From positions 1-63,563 of IMG/VR virus record IMGVR_UViG_3300046012_000215: a DNA stretch of 63,563 nucleotides; one strand, 5' to 3'. A program made the position numbers and the translations under genes. The notes beneath the pieces were generated by a model. The model worked only from the letters and a program-made list of their open reading frames with translations. It searched no databases and was not told the DNA's origin. Origin of the DNA: a virus (lineage: Duplodnaviria > Caudoviricetes). The number at the start of each line of letters is the position of its first letter. The stretch's first letter is position 1. Of this stretch, positions 27,914 through 37,856 are shown in pieces.

Positions 27914-28288
27914 CTAAGACGGGACGTTCGACTTGCTCTCTTCTAAAAAAGGTTCTAGATTAAAGGATATACACTCACAGGTAAGTTTAAACACTTCAGA
28001 AGGATCACTTTCAAGGTCTTTATCAGCCCATAAGCCACTAGGAGCGACGATAGGCATTGGGAAAATCGTACCTTCCCTTTCATCTAGCCTAAGAATAAAT
28101 TTTAAGGCTTGACCTTGAATTTCATCAAACTGTTCTCTAGAGCAACTACCTAAAGCAGCTAAGATAGAACCATTCGTTCGGCTACTTAAGAAAGAAAATA
28201 ACCAACAACCAAGTCGAGGGTCCATCTTTCTAAGTTGATAAGTTCTCTGTCCTATCTTAACATCTTTAGTGGTAACTCGGGAAGTCAC
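27914..28288 (-). CDS. Tail assembly chaperone
   Basis: Between tube and tape measure; ends FNLEPFL. Confidence 0.8.
   Translation of the reverse strand: MTSRVTTKDVKIGQRTYQLRKMDPRLGCWLFSFLSSRTNGSILAALGSCSREQFDEIQGQALKFILRLDEREGTIFPMPIVAPSGLWADKDLESDPSEVFKLTCECISFNLEPFLEESKSNVPS
27944..27950 (-). other. -1 ribosomal slippery site T TTT TTA
   Basis: CCT TTT TTA in chaperone frame; -1 frame reads RREQVERPVLESMGGVGW without a stop. Confidence 0.8.
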
Positions 28289-28298
28289 AGTTTCTCCT

Positions 28299-28742
28299 TT
28301 ACTGCGTTACGATTTGAGCTGCCATTAACCGCCAACTTACTGAAGCACCAGCAGGTCCATAGGGCTTATCTGGAATTTTAAGTGGTGAAACTCCTGTGGC
28401 AACATGACTGGCTCCACTAAGTAAATCTTGAATTTTCAAAGAAGCTGCTGCGAAGTTCTGGGCCTGTCCAGTTTCACTCTGAGTGAATTTAGTATTTGCC
28501 CAATTAACCAAAAATTGATTAAGAGAACTATTCTGCTGACATTCAATGTCAATAGACCCAGGAGCTCCTGAGACGTAGCTAACCATCACCGTTCCGTCAG
28601 CTGCTACGTCATGAGCAGTTCGGTCTACAGCGTTTGTAATGTTGATGTGCTTAATACCTTCTTGACCGGCAAAAATATAAGGGCCGACATCGGGATCAAC
28701 GAAAGCCCCTACAATACTTTTAAACGCGTAAGTTGTTGCCAT
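28299..28742 (-). CDS. Tail tube protein (DUF3277-like)
   Basis: TYAFK...ADG...G.I.I...Q.S..N..L...W; follows the sheath gene. Confidence 0.85.
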   Translation of the reverse strand: MATTYAFKSIVGAFVDPDVGPYIFAGQEGIKHINITNAVDRTAHDVAADGTVMVSYVSGAPGSIDIECQQNSSLNQFLVNWANTKFTQSETGQAQNFAAASLKIQDLLSGASHVATGVSPLKIPDKPYGPAGASVSWRLMAAQIVTQ

Positions 28743-28823
28743 CAGCGTGTTCCTTTCGATGTCGGCTCATTTATATAATAAATCCAGTCAACTAGGGGTT
28801 ATCCTGGAGATATCTAGGGATTT

Positions 28824-28878
28824 CAAGGGTTGTGTGCGTTATATGCGATGAGTATTTATATATCGATTATGACGCACA
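28824..28878. repeat. Dyad element copy 2: CAAGG-N4-TGTGCG-N34-CGCACA
   Basis: In the sheath-tube intergenic gap. Confidence 0.8.
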
Positions 28879-28888
28879 AAGAATCTTT

Positions 28889-30331
28889 TTATACCTGAAC
28901 CAGTACAGAAATCGTCACGAAGTGAACCGCCCCCGCCTCGATAAGCGCGACGTAAATAGGCGGTGCTTGACGAGCTTGAATCTGTGACTGAGTAAGAGAA
29001 GAATACTTAGGAGAGACTACTGCAAAGCCATTAGGTAGATTCTGGCCAGGTACAATGCTTCCACCAGAGGTTGTAATAGCTTGACCTTCCCACGTCCCAG
29101 GAGCAATAAATCCAGTACTCGCTGATCTAGACAAAGCTTGTTCAACAGCCTGAATAAGCTGCTGCTGACCCTGATCAGTCTGAGGAATCTTAGGAACTGA
29201 AGTAAGAAGATTCATTATCGCGAACTGAATGTTCGCAGCCAGAATATCAAGGTTTAGAACCTGATCAAAGAATACACTCTCAGCCATCATTGTGCCTTGT
29301 TCTAGCACATTGAAAGCATTTGAATAATTTAAGAAAAGATTGCAGTTCGGTCCTTGACCTGGAGTTGTACCTTCAATATTTCCAATCTGAGTGATAGTCA
29401 GTCCAGGCTCTGTTACAACTCCTACAAGAGCAACTCCACCACTAAATTTCTCAGTGAAAGCGGAGTTAGGGGCTTGTGTATTTGAAGCCATCGCTTGCCC
29501 CATAACAGCGGCTACGAAATAAGCTTGATTTGGAACTAAACCACTTTGTGTCGTAGCATACTGCATCCATGTCCGACCATTACCAGCGGCGAAAATAGTC
29601 TTACAAACGTTGTTAGCTACTCCATTCAAAACATTGGCGTCACCGGTGGTTCCGAAATAAGTAGTTCCAATCTGAGTCTGAACCCATGCCGCAATTGCGA
29701 TATGGTCTGCATCCACAGCATCAGTGACCATGCAGCAGTACCAGTTCGGATTAACCTGTCTGCATAGTTGCACAGCCTGAAGAGCTGACTGACCAATTGT
29801 AGTGATGTCAACCTCAAGACTGGCCCCAGTACCTCCAGTGGTAGCTAAGCCAGTGGCTACTGAATAGCCAGTTCCTTGAAGACCTAACACCGTGGTAAGA
29901 GCAGTAACTGCTCCACCACCGCCAATAGTAGCTACTCTGAGCTGACCAAAACTGGCTCCAGACTGAACTACAGTAACTAAGTCACCTACTACGTAACCAG
30001 TTCCAGCGTTCCCAGTGTGAGGAATAGCAGCTGAAATAGCAGAACCATCCTGACGACCTACATACACAGCCTGAGGAGGAGGACTCTGGCTAAAGTAGAT
30101 TTGAACAGCGATGTACTCAGGAGAAGATGTGGTAAACCCATCAGCCTGCATCGCAGTAGACCACGTGGCTTGAAGGTATTTTCTGATTACTGGGTTAACA
30201 CCATAGGAGGGTATAGCAGTGCTAGGCCCAACAACTAAACCAATATTGAAAGGAGGAGCTGAAACTTGAGGCGCAGCTGTGATCACGGTTACATCGGCAA
30301 TGATCGACAGAGGAAGAGGATTAGTTGCCAT
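28889..30331 (-). CDS. Tail sheath protein (DUF3383-like)
   Basis: SPEY.A...YFSQSP.P, FFD.V..LD.L...IQ, KIPQTDQG, AR.APPI, AGAVH. Confidence 0.9.
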   Translation of the reverse strand: MATNPLPLSIIADVTVITAAPQVSAPPFNIGLVVGPSTAIPSYGVNPVIRKYLQATWSTAMQADGFTTSSPEYIAVQIYFSQSPPPQAVYVGRQDGSAISAAIPHTGNAGTGYVVGDLVTVVQSGASFGQLRVATIGGGGAVTALTTVLGLQGTGYSVATGLATTGGTGASLEVDITTIGQSALQAVQLCRQVNPNWYCCMVTDAVDADHIAIAAWVQTQIGTTYFGTTGDANVLNGVANNVCKTIFAAGNGRTWMQYATTQSGLVPNQAYFVAAVMGQAMASNTQAPNSAFTEKFSGGVALVGVVTEPGLTITQIGNIEGTTPGQGPNCNLFLNYSNAFNVLEQGTMMAESVFFDQVLNLDILAANIQFAIMNLLTSVPKIPQTDQGQQQLIQAVEQALSRSASTGFIAPGTWEGQAITTSGGSIVPGQNLPNGFAVVSPKYSSLTQSQIQARQAPPIYVALIEAGAVHFVTISVLVQV

Positions 30332-30341
30332 TAATTACTCC

Positions 30342-31154
30342 TTACGATTCTGTAACTGTAAAATCAGCTACTTTTCCATCCTTGGTATAAACTTCAACTT
30401 CAACCGAACCGACGGTTCCAACAGTAGAAGTCTCATTAACTTGCTCATTGAAGTAAGCTTCTAAATCAGCTCGGTCCCACCACTCAGCCTGAAAATTCTC
30501 AGGAACTCTAGGTGAAACTTTAATATCGGGATTGACATACAAATTACTAGAAGCTAAATAATCTGTAACAAATTGAGCAGTGACTAAAGCTGTACGAACT
30601 TGACGAGCTCTGTCCACACAATTTGGGCCATAGAAAGTCCAACTTACTTTCCAAGCCCTAGTATAAATATCAGTAGTGATTAGAGTGTTTTCACTACCTG
30701 ATACAGTCACATCATGCATCCGGCTATATTCAGTGTCTTCAGTTACACAACCAACTTCAGTAGTGTCACTAGAGATTGGAGGGCCTGGCTGACCTTGAAT
30801 TTGCCATTTGATTCTAACTTTACTTGACCAGCTTGGATCAGTTACAGTGGCCTGTATCCCAGTCTGACTAGAAGTAGCAGCTTGACTTAAAGCTACAGTA
30901 TTTCCAGTTATTCCAGTAATTTGGGTGTTGGCTGGTAAACCTGTGGCGGATATAAACTGTCCTGGATACAGTAAAGAAGAACTATCCACTATACCATTTA
31001 GACTACCGCTAACTAAAGTAATGCTAGGACTAACAGTACCTGTTAAAATTCCAAGCATCTGAGCAGTTACTAGCTGAAAAATGGTTTGTATCTCATTATC
31101 AGTCAAGGCTGAAGATGTAAGTTTAGTTCCATCGGGATAGGTGGTGACGGACAC
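30342..31154 (-). CDS. Tail terminator/completion protein with inserted beta-domain (start likely GTG at 31154)
   Basis: VR..WQ..GQP, W.FYGP, W..RADL...FN; TAGTG overlap with the upstream stop. Confidence 0.7.
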   Translation of the reverse strand: MSVTTYPDGTKLTSSALTDNEIQTIFQLVTAQMLGILTGTVSPSITLVSGSLNGIVDSSSLLYPGQFISATGLPANTQITGITGNTVALSQAATSSQTGIQATVTDPSWSSKVRIKWQIQGQPGPPISSDTTEVGCVTEDTEYSRMHDVTVSGSENTLITTDIYTRAWKVSWTFYGPNCVDRARQVRTALVTAQFVTDYLASSNLYVNPDIKVSPRVPENFQAEWWDRADLEAYFNEQVNETSTVGTVGSVEVEVYTKDGKVADFTVTES

Positions 31155-31567
31155 TAGACACCCCCTAGTCTTGTAGCAATGGCCTTCCAATAGCGTCGAT
31201 TGGGGTAAGGATAGACGTGAAGAACTCTCCATTGGTGGAAGTTCCAGATCATAATGTCACTTACTCTCTGTTGAGAAATTCCAAACCCAGTTTCACCATA
31301 AGTGGAGTCACCGGCTCCACCATCTAATTGAGTTTCATAAATTCTCTTTTGAGAATGAAAGACCATTGCTCCTGTAACTCGATCACCTTCAGGAACCATC
31401 AAAAGTTCTTCATCTGATGCTACAGAAACTATTCCATATCCTGGGATATTGATACTTGTAGTTACCCAACCACCAGGTTGAAATTGTCCAGTTGATCTTT
31501 GAATAGTATATGGCTCAGATAAAACACCATCGGATACTACTTCAGAAAGATCATTAACTTCAGACAT
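31154..31567 (-). CDS. Head closure protein
   Basis: RSTG.F..GGW, L..VPEGDRV.G, SD...W; synteny. Confidence 0.75.
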   Translation of the reverse strand: MSEVNDLSEVVSDGVLSEPYTIQRSTGQFQPGGWVTTSINIPGYGIVSVASDEELLMVPEGDRVTGAMVFHSQKRIYETQLDGGAGDSTYGETGFGISQQRVSDIMIWNFHQWRVLHVYPYPNRRYWKAIATRLGGV

Positions 31568-32127
31568 TACTCAACCCATCCTTGAATAGCCTCTCTCATT
31601 GCTCCCGTAGCGATACCAGGAAGGTCTGAGTCTTTATGTTGAGTCGTTCTGTAGGCATTCGGAGCCCAATTGTTGTTTGGGCTAAAGAACCAGTCCTTGG
31701 AAGCGTTCTTTCCTACAGTAGCTACTTTCTTCAATCGCTGCTTAGCGGCGTAATTCTTTCCGTCTAACTGAAGCTCCATAGCCTCAGAGAATCCTTTAGC
31801 TATAGTTTCTTTGGTACCAGGAGCTCTTAGCGCAGGTTCAATAACAGGTCTTGCTGGCTGTGATCGAGTGCCTTTACTGAACCAGTACAATAAAGTGGCG
31901 TTAGAAACATTTCCTTGAGCAGACTGTATCAAAAGCCTCTTACGTTGAAGGCTCTTTTTTCTGGTAGATTTAATCTTATTACTTTTGCTTTCAAGTAACT
32001 CTCGACGCTGGCTAGCTGTAGCTGAAGGAGGAATCCCAACATAAACAGTTAAACTATTTAAAGAGCCGAGTCTCGCTTGAAGAGCAGCTGCACTGCTTGT
32101 CTTTGTTAATGAGATTGTGGGCGTCAT
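31567..32127 (-). CDS. Neck/tail completion protein
   Basis: VYVGIP, NA.L, QPARPVIEP, WAPNA..T...K, TGAMREAI. Confidence 0.75.
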   Translation of the reverse strand: MTPTISLTKTSSAAALQARLGSLNSLTVYVGIPPSATASQRRELLESKSNKIKSTRKKSLQRKRLLIQSAQGNVSNATLLYWFSKGTRSQPARPVIEPALRAPGTKETIAKGFSEAMELQLDGKNYAAKQRLKKVATVGKNASKDWFFSPNNNWAPNAYRTTQHKDSDLPGIATGAMREAIQGWVE

Positions 32128-32214
32128 CTAAAGCTCCATATTTCTTAGCCCAGATTAAAATTTCTTGATCAGTCCAATTAAAAGTAGGCTGCTCGTCTTT
32201 ATCTAGATGTTTTC

Positions 32215-32955
32215 TCATTGAACGAATATCGGTCCACAGGCAATCCCTCGAGCCACAGTCATTAACTGTACTCCATACTCAGTTTCTTGCCAGGCTCCCC
32301 ATTGCTCATAACCTTGAACAATTTGAGAAGTTGCACTAACATCACCAGCAGCTCTATGGACCAGCATTCCTTTTGTTAGTCCAGAAGCAGCGACTTCAGA
32401 AGCAGTTTCGTTCGGCCCAGATTCTGTTCTCATGTACAGGGTACAGTAATGAGCGATGAACCAACTCATACACTGATACCACATTCCATGATACCGAGCT
32501 TGGAGAATTGATACACTAGCTAAAAAGATATAGTTTAGAATAACTAAAATTGGAACGAAGGGCGCCGTGTATACTACAATAGATGTGGCTGAAACTGAAG
32601 CTGGATTACTCAAAGTAATACTCGAAGAACCTACAGCTGTAATCAGCGTATCCTTAGGAAAAGCAGAGCTTGAGATTAGTTGCCCAATAGCGAGAGACGG
32701 AATCAAATTAGTTGAAATACCCGTGAACTCACTTGAACTAGTTGTTGCTGTTCCTGTTACTGCGGTTTGAGGACCCAGAAACTTAGGATATATACTTGCA
32801 AAGTCAGTAACAGAATAAGGAGGATTCCCAGAGAATACTAAACCATTAGCATTACCGAACCAAGTTAATGTTAAGGTTTGTAGGTCCACCCCAGCTGTTC
32901 CATAGAGCATGTCATAAAAACCCACGATATCCGGAAAGCCAGGGAGGCACCCCAT
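32215..32955 (-). CDS. Head-tail adaptor (DUF4054-like) with inserted beta-domain
   Basis: F...YP.F, FIAHYCTL, GDVS, W..T.YG.Q. Confidence 0.8.
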   Translation of the reverse strand: MGCLPGFPDIVGFYDMLYGTAGVDLQTLTLTWFGNANGLVFSGNPPYSVTDFASIYPKFLGPQTAVTGTATTSSSEFTGISTNLIPSLAIGQLISSSAFPKDTLITAVGSSSITLSNPASVSATSIVVYTAPFVPILVILNYIFLASVSILQARYHGMWYQCMSWFIAHYCTLYMRTESGPNETASEVAASGLTKGMLVHRAAGDVSATSQIVQGYEQWGAWQETEYGVQLMTVARGIACGPIFVQ

Positions 32956-32958
32956 TTG

Positions 32959-33270
32959 CTACTCCTTCTTTTCTGCTTCTGTGTCTTCTGCTTCTTCAGT
33001 CTCTTTATCACTATCCTGCTGATCAGCTACTCTAGCTGCATTAGCATCTACAGGTTTAGCGACTTCAATTTTCTCCGTAGATAAATCGATTGGAGTATCT
33101 TTCGGAGACTTCAAAACTGTTAAGTGACCACTTTTCTTCAAAAGCTTAATCTGAGGTTCATCAGCGACATCATCAGGAACAGTGTGAACTTTATCTTTAG
33201 CAACAAAGACTAATCCACCAGGAGTACTCTTCGAATGAAGATTGACGTTTCTCTTTGTAATGATAAACAC
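32959..33270 (-). CDS. Hypothetical head-associated protein
   Basis: Directly after the major capsid gene; acidic tail. Confidence 0.6.
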   Translation of the reverse strand: MFIITKRNVNLHSKSTPGGLVFVAKDKVHTVPDDVADEPQIKLLKKSGHLTVLKSPKDTPIDLSTEKIEVAKPVDANAARVADQQDSDKETEEAEDTEAEKKE

Positions 33271-33296
33271 GAATTCGTCTCCTTAAACAAAGTTAA

Positions 33297-33335
33297 CTGG
33301 GAGATAGGAAGCCTTCGCGCTTCACTATCTCCCAG
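33297..33335 (-). terminator. Hairpin downstream of the major capsid gene
   Basis: CTGGGAGATAG-GAAGC / GCTTC-A-CTATCTCCCAG. Confidence 0.65.
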
Positions 33336-33368
33336 GTCCTGACTAGGATGAAGAGTAGTCAGAACAGC

Positions 33369-34373
33369 TTAGCAACCGTAATAGAGACCAACGGTTTGTG
33401 GCCGATTGATCTTCACTACGCCGATGTTGGCAAGGTACAGAAACTCAAAGCATCCAGATACGATGGAGGGAGGGGCTCCGAACCGGGTGATCTCTTGCGG
33501 GATACCCAGACTGAGACAGTCCTTGTCATATTTGTAAGCAATGATTTCCTGAGTACTTCCAGCACCCTGGCCGTCGAGCCAAGAAGGCAGCGGATAGATT
33601 TCAGGTTCAATACCAAAAGCCGAACCAAAATAGTTCTTCTTGATATAGTCCTGAATCGAAGCGTAGCCACTCGGTCCGCCAACAACAGCCATCGGCTGAG
33701 TGAGGATCAAGTACTGGGTTGGAGGAACCAGGAACCGATCAGGCATCGCACCCGGAGCATTACCACTAGCATTCCAGTTAGTCTGAGCCATAAAGTTGAA
33801 GTCACCCAGAATCTGAGTGGCTGTCTTTGTGGACCAGGTGGTAGTGGAACCAGCACCAGTAGCAGGTAACTGTGTAGAGGTAAGTGAAGGGTTATTAACG
33901 AGACCCTGAATACCAGCGAATCCCGCGTAAGCTCGGCGATCGAGTGTCTTGCTATAGTCTACTCGAACTCCCTTATCTAGGAGGTCTTGCGGACTCCGAC
34001 CTACTTGAGCCATCCGAAGAGACTCAACAATCGGAATCCGAATACGCACCTGGTAAGGGAATACCGGCCATGTATCCTGGTTCATGTTGTACTCGATCAC
34101 TCGAGAATCGTTGGTCTGAGAACCTGCGGAGTCATCCGACGGTCCCCGAAAATCAACGTTGTGAGCGATGTGGTTCATCACCCAACCACCGCCGCGATCA
34201 ATGGGAAGATCACGAAGGTAGGTGTAATTCTCCAATGGAAGTCGAACCACTGGATCAAGTTTGGCGAGTTCAGCGATCAGGAAGGTTTGGCCTGTTGCAG
34301 CTGCCGCGGCATCAGAAATAACCTTCCCACTACGCAGAGCGCTTAGATTCTGCTGGTATTCTCTGGGATTCAT
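33369..34373 (-). CDS. Major capsid protein (DUF2184-like)
   Basis: FL..EL.KLDP....PL, GLVNNP, W.TKT..QIL.D, P...L.PP.QY; GC-shifted codons. Confidence 0.9.
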   Translation of the reverse strand: MNPREYQQNLSALRSGKVISDAAAAATGQTFLIAELAKLDPVVRLPLENYTYLRDLPIDRGGGWVMNHIAHNVDFRGPSDDSAGSQTNDSRVIEYNMNQDTWPVFPYQVRIRIPIVESLRMAQVGRSPQDLLDKGVRVDYSKTLDRRAYAGFAGIQGLVNNPSLTSTQLPATGAGSTTTWSTKTATQILGDFNFMAQTNWNASGNAPGAMPDRFLVPPTQYLILTQPMAVVGGPSGYASIQDYIKKNYFGSAFGIEPEIYPLPSWLDGQGAGSTQEIIAYKYDKDCLSLGIPQEITRFGAPPSIVSGCFEFLYLANIGVVKINRPQTVGLYYGC

Positions 34374-34390
34374 TTCTTACCTTTCTGCCG

Positions 34391-35155
34391 TTAGGCAATC
34401 TGACGAGCAAGAATGGTAACCTGGGCAGTGTTGTCTGCTCCGAGTGTACCGGTCTTCCACGCAAAGTTTGGATAGAGAACATTGCTGGTAAAGGTTGCCG
34501 CTGTTCCAGAAGCAGAAGCAGTAGCCGCCTGAGAGAGGACAATAGCTGTTCCGGTGATGGACTTGATGAAAGTTCCGGCTGGAACATTCGTCGAAGACAC
34601 AGCCATACCAGCAGTGATTCCCGTAGCGCTAGAAACCGTAACTGCTGTAGAGCTAGCAGTAGTGGTGATGGTAGCTGCAGAAACAGGGTTAGGATCAACC
34701 ACAGCCTCTAAGCCACCAACTACCCCAGCTGGAACAGCAGCATTAAGTCCTGTACGGATGTAAACCGCACCACCTGCAGTCGGAGAACCATTGTTGCAAC
34801 TAACATTGATGGTTCCCTGAACGAGACCATCCATGATAGAAGCAGGCAAATAGACTCCACCTGCAGTGAGAACATCATTCGAACCTTGAATAGCATAGGT
34901 TGGATTAATGTTCACGTTGCTTGCGGCGATACCTACAGGAGTGGAAGCGGTAAAGGGCCCAGAACCATTAGCCAGATACTGCTTAACACTCGAATAAGTG
35001 TTGTTGGAGTTCAACACGAACGTTTCGCCAAAGGCTACTGAGTTCGTATCACTCGGGTTGACTTGTCTAGCAGTGCGAAGAGAGTAACCTTCGTTGCTGA
35101 TGTTGCCGACAAACCCGAGATTTAGACCTGTAACAGGAATCACAGTCGCTGGCAT
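34391..35155 (-). CDS. Capsid cement/decoration protein with inserted beta-domain
   Basis: G.VG.IS, FG, G.I.V.C..G.P..GG.VY.R; lies between protease and capsid genes. Confidence 0.75.
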   Translation of the reverse strand: MPATVIPVTGLNLGFVGNISNEGYSLRTARQVNPSDTNSVAFGETFVLNSNNTYSSVKQYLANGSGPFTASTPVGIAASNVNINPTYAIQGSNDVLTAGGVYLPASIMDGLVQGTINVSCNNGSPTAGGAVYIRTGLNAAVPAGVVGGLEAVVDPNPVSAATITTTASSTAVTVSSATGITAGMAVSSTNVPAGTFIKSITGTAIVLSQAATASASGTAATFTSNVLYPNFAWKTGTLGADNTAQVTILARQIA

Positions 35156-35158
35156 GGG

Positions 35159-36526
35159 TTATTTAGTTCCTTTCTGTAGAGAAGGGCAATTCTGATGCTT
35201 CCTCAGGCCAGTGGCATGAGGAACACCATCGAAGCACGTGCAGGGAAGAGCAGCTGGAGTTGAATCAGTGGCGACCACAAGACTTGGGATACCACCAGGA
35301 AGCCTAACCTTAGTAAATAGCCCGTAAGCAGATTTACCAGAATTAAGTTTCTTGACGTGACTATTGTAACTATCAATCATGACCTGCTGATCCTTAGTCC
35401 GTTTAGACTTCGGAATCATCACGAATCCAGCTACAATAGGTTTCACGTTCTTGACGAATTCCCGAGCTGAATCGTTCGCCGCCTTGAGAACGCTCTCCCC
35501 TGGATCATCAATCTGCTTCTCAGCATGCTCACCACCATCAGCAGCGTGAGTCTCTTCCTTCTCTTCTGCTGGGGTTTCTTCTTTTTGTTCGAGTTCTTCG
35601 TCTTTAGCAGTTTCCTTGAGCTCCTCGAGTTTTTCTTCAGACTCGGGTTTCTCCTCTTCACTGTGACCAAGATGCTTCATGAGCTCTTTCTTATGAGACT
35701 CTGCCATAGTGTGGTCTCCCTTAGCCATGGCGTCTAAACAAGCTTGAAGGCTCTTATGCGCTGGATGCATTTCAGCAGGCTCAGCGTCCAAAGCAGGTTT
35801 AGAAGAAACATCGAGTTCCTTCTTAATCTTTTCGGTTTCCTCAGGCGTCGCATCTGGAAGAACTGCTTTGATACCCCGCCCGAGGATTAGATCACGTAAT
35901 GACATAATCGGCTCCCTTTGCTTTATAATTTCGGGCGGAGCAGAATCACCAATAGCGAACTTGGGACCCGCTCTGCCTTTTTCTACAACTGCCACGTGAT
36001 TTCCACGTAACTTCTTCATCACGATCATTCCATCGTCCAAACGATCGAGATTTAAACCATAGCCTACGCTAACATCCCGTACAGCTGTGCCGTACTCATT
36101 GTTAGGATCTGATTCTGGCATAACTTTGTCAATTAAGGTAGCATCCTTAATATGAAGATCACCTTTTAAAGTGACTTCATTATCTAGGTCTTCCCCTTGA
36201 CCAACATTTTGAACATGACCACAGTTAACTTCCCCCTCATTTTCGACTGTAACAACGTGTCCATCGGGGTGTTCATCTACTATGGTCTTTCCTTCTAAAG
36301 ATCGCATGAAATCAGGATCAAGAACAGATTCTCTCGGTCTATAGACTGGGTATTTAGTATCAGCGTCTAGTCCCCAAGAATCTTGATAGCCTTGAAAACC
36401 TTTAAGTTCTCTACCGTAGTACTCCTGAAAGCCACTACGGCAGAGAGGAACATTTTCACAAATTAGATAGCCTTCAGCCGTGAGAGACTTTTTAGGGCTA
36501 ACAATTAAGCTATAGTATTTTGACAT
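35159..36526 (-). CDS. Prohead protease/scaffold (DUF2213-like)
   Basis: T.EGYL.C..VP..R.G.Q.Y, VYRP, SLEGK....EHP, VS.GY, GNHVAVV.KGRAG; acidic scaffold tail. Confidence 0.9.
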   Translation of the reverse strand: MSKYYSLIVSPKKSLTAEGYLICENVPLCRSGFQEYYGRELKGFQGYQDSWGLDADTKYPVYRPRESVLDPDFMRSLEGKTIVDEHPDGHVVTVENEGEVNCGHVQNVGQGEDLDNEVTLKGDLHIKDATLIDKVMPESDPNNEYGTAVRDVSVGYGLNLDRLDDGMIVMKKLRGNHVAVVEKGRAGPKFAIGDSAPPEIIKQREPIMSLRDLILGRGIKAVLPDATPEETEKIKKELDVSSKPALDAEPAEMHPAHKSLQACLDAMAKGDHTMAESHKKELMKHLGHSEEEKPESEEKLEELKETAKDEELEQKEETPAEEKEETHAADGGEHAEKQIDDPGESVLKAANDSAREFVKNVKPIVAGFVMIPKSKRTKDQQVMIDSYNSHVKKLNSGKSAYGLFTKVRLPGGIPSLVVATDSTPAALPCTCFDGVPHATGLRKHQNCPSLQKGTK

Positions 36527-36528
36527 GA

Positions 36529-37170
36529 TTAATCAGAGCCAGAAGGAGTCTCTCCAGTTTCTTTAGGAACAGAAGTAGAAGAGCCGATGCTCTGTTTATA
36601 CTCTCGATGCTGAGAAGCGGTAAATGCCTTAGGTCCATTCTTCGGAGCTCGGTAAGAGGCCTCGTGAATGTTTCTGTGCAATTTTTCTGGTGAAGCGTTT
36701 ACACTATGAGATAGTGAATTGCTAGGATCACCAGATTTAGTTACAGAGGTAATCTTACCAGAACCTCGATCATGATGAAGCTCAACACTTTCTTTACCGC
36801 CGCCTGAATTTTCTTTTTCATAGTGGTTAATTCTACCAGTTTCCGTATGCTGGCTCTTAGACGGCTTGAAGCCTTGGCTTCTAATAACCTCGTGAAACGG
36901 TTTGATAGGGTGAGCGTCTTCTAGAGCTGGGACTTCAGTATGACGACCGTCCGTAGTTTCAAAAGAGTCCATCGCTGGAGGAGTCGCCATCGATCCATAA
37001 TTATTCATTCCAGAATATGGATCAAAATCATTAGATAAGCAACCTTCCTTAGGAGTGCTGCTTGGGATATGAGAATCCATGTGAGGTACTGAACTCATCA
37101 AGCCATCTTCAGGTGTTAAATCAACTGAAGGACCCGCAGAAAAGACGCTATTACCGGGGTTCATCTTCAT
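36529..37170 (-). CDS. Hydrophilic, largely disordered protein; candidate internal head protein
   Basis: S/G/H/K/P-rich; located in the head operon. Confidence 0.6.
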   Translation of the reverse strand: MKMNPGNSVFSAGPSVDLTPEDGLMSSVPHMDSHIPSSTPKEGCLSNDFDPYSGMNNYGSMATPPAMDSFETTDGRHTEVPALEDAHPIKPFHEVIRSQGFKPSKSQHTETGRINHYEKENSGGGKESVELHHDRGSGKITSVTKSGDPSNSLSHSVNASPEKLHRNIHEASYRAPKNGPKAFTASQHREYKQSIGSSTSVPKETGETPSGSD

Positions 37171-37171
37171 T

Positions 37172-37343
37172 TTAAAGTCCTTGTCTTTTAGGAAGTTTCT
37201 TTACAGGATGATTAGCGTCCTGATAAGCGCTCAATCCTAATCCAGGAGCAGGACTAATCACTGCTCCTGAATTACCACCACCGTTTCCAACTTCAGAGTA
37301 ATTTCCCGCTAAATCAGTGGGCTTAGGTTCTTTCAATTTCATA
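37172..37343 (-). CDS. Small hydrophilic protein (start probably MKLKEP)
   Basis: ATG immediately after the stop of 37344..37856; track start at 37381 overlaps that gene. Confidence 0.5.
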
Positions 37344-37856
37344 TTACCGAACCACTCTCCAGTTAAGAGTAACTGCGGCACCAGGAGTGATGGAAAGGCC
37401 TGTGTTGTTACAAACTTTAAAGTTCACATGGCCAGAAGTTGGATAAGGAATAATTACTAAAATTCCTCCAGCGGCCGGAGCATAGCCAGTAGTACTAGTG
37501 GGATCAGCATTGAAACCCCAAATAATAGCATCGGTTGTCGCTACTCCAGTACCAGTTGCAGTTACGACAGTGTCACAAGCTCCGGAACCAATAGCAGCAG
37601 TGTTTAATGTTACTGTGCCAGAAGCTACTGTAGTTGTAGTTGAAGTTCCACTAGGTATAGGAACTCCGTTATAGAGAAGTTGAGTACCTGAGTCTTGAAT
37701 CTTTGACGGGCACAGAATCGGAACGCCATTGATGTGACTGCAATAAGCAGGAATATAAGTGGCAGCTCCGTCTTGCGCTGCTACAGGTCCCGCGCTCTGC
37801 GCTAAACAAGGCACACTAAACAATGTACTGAAGATCAGTAGCTTAATAATTTTCAT
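37344..37856 (-). CDS. Signal-peptide-bearing beta protein; possible head spike/fibre
   Basis: MKIIKLLIFSTLFSVPCLA|Q; Thr-rich beta domain ending VCNNTG.SITP...LNWRVVR. Confidence 0.65.
   Translation of the reverse strand: MKIIKLLIFSTLFSVPCLAQSAGPVAAQDGAATYIPAYCSHINGVPILCPSKIQDSGTQLLYNGVPIPSGTSTTTTVASGTVTLNTAAIGSGACDTVVTATGTGVATTDAIIWGFNADPTSTTGYAPAAGGILVIIPYPTSGHVNFKVCNNTGLSITPGAAVTLNWRVVR

Noticed and set aside
33348-34763. Antisense and alternative-frame ORFs over the capsid and cement genes
   Set aside because: By-product of biased codon usage in highly expressed genes
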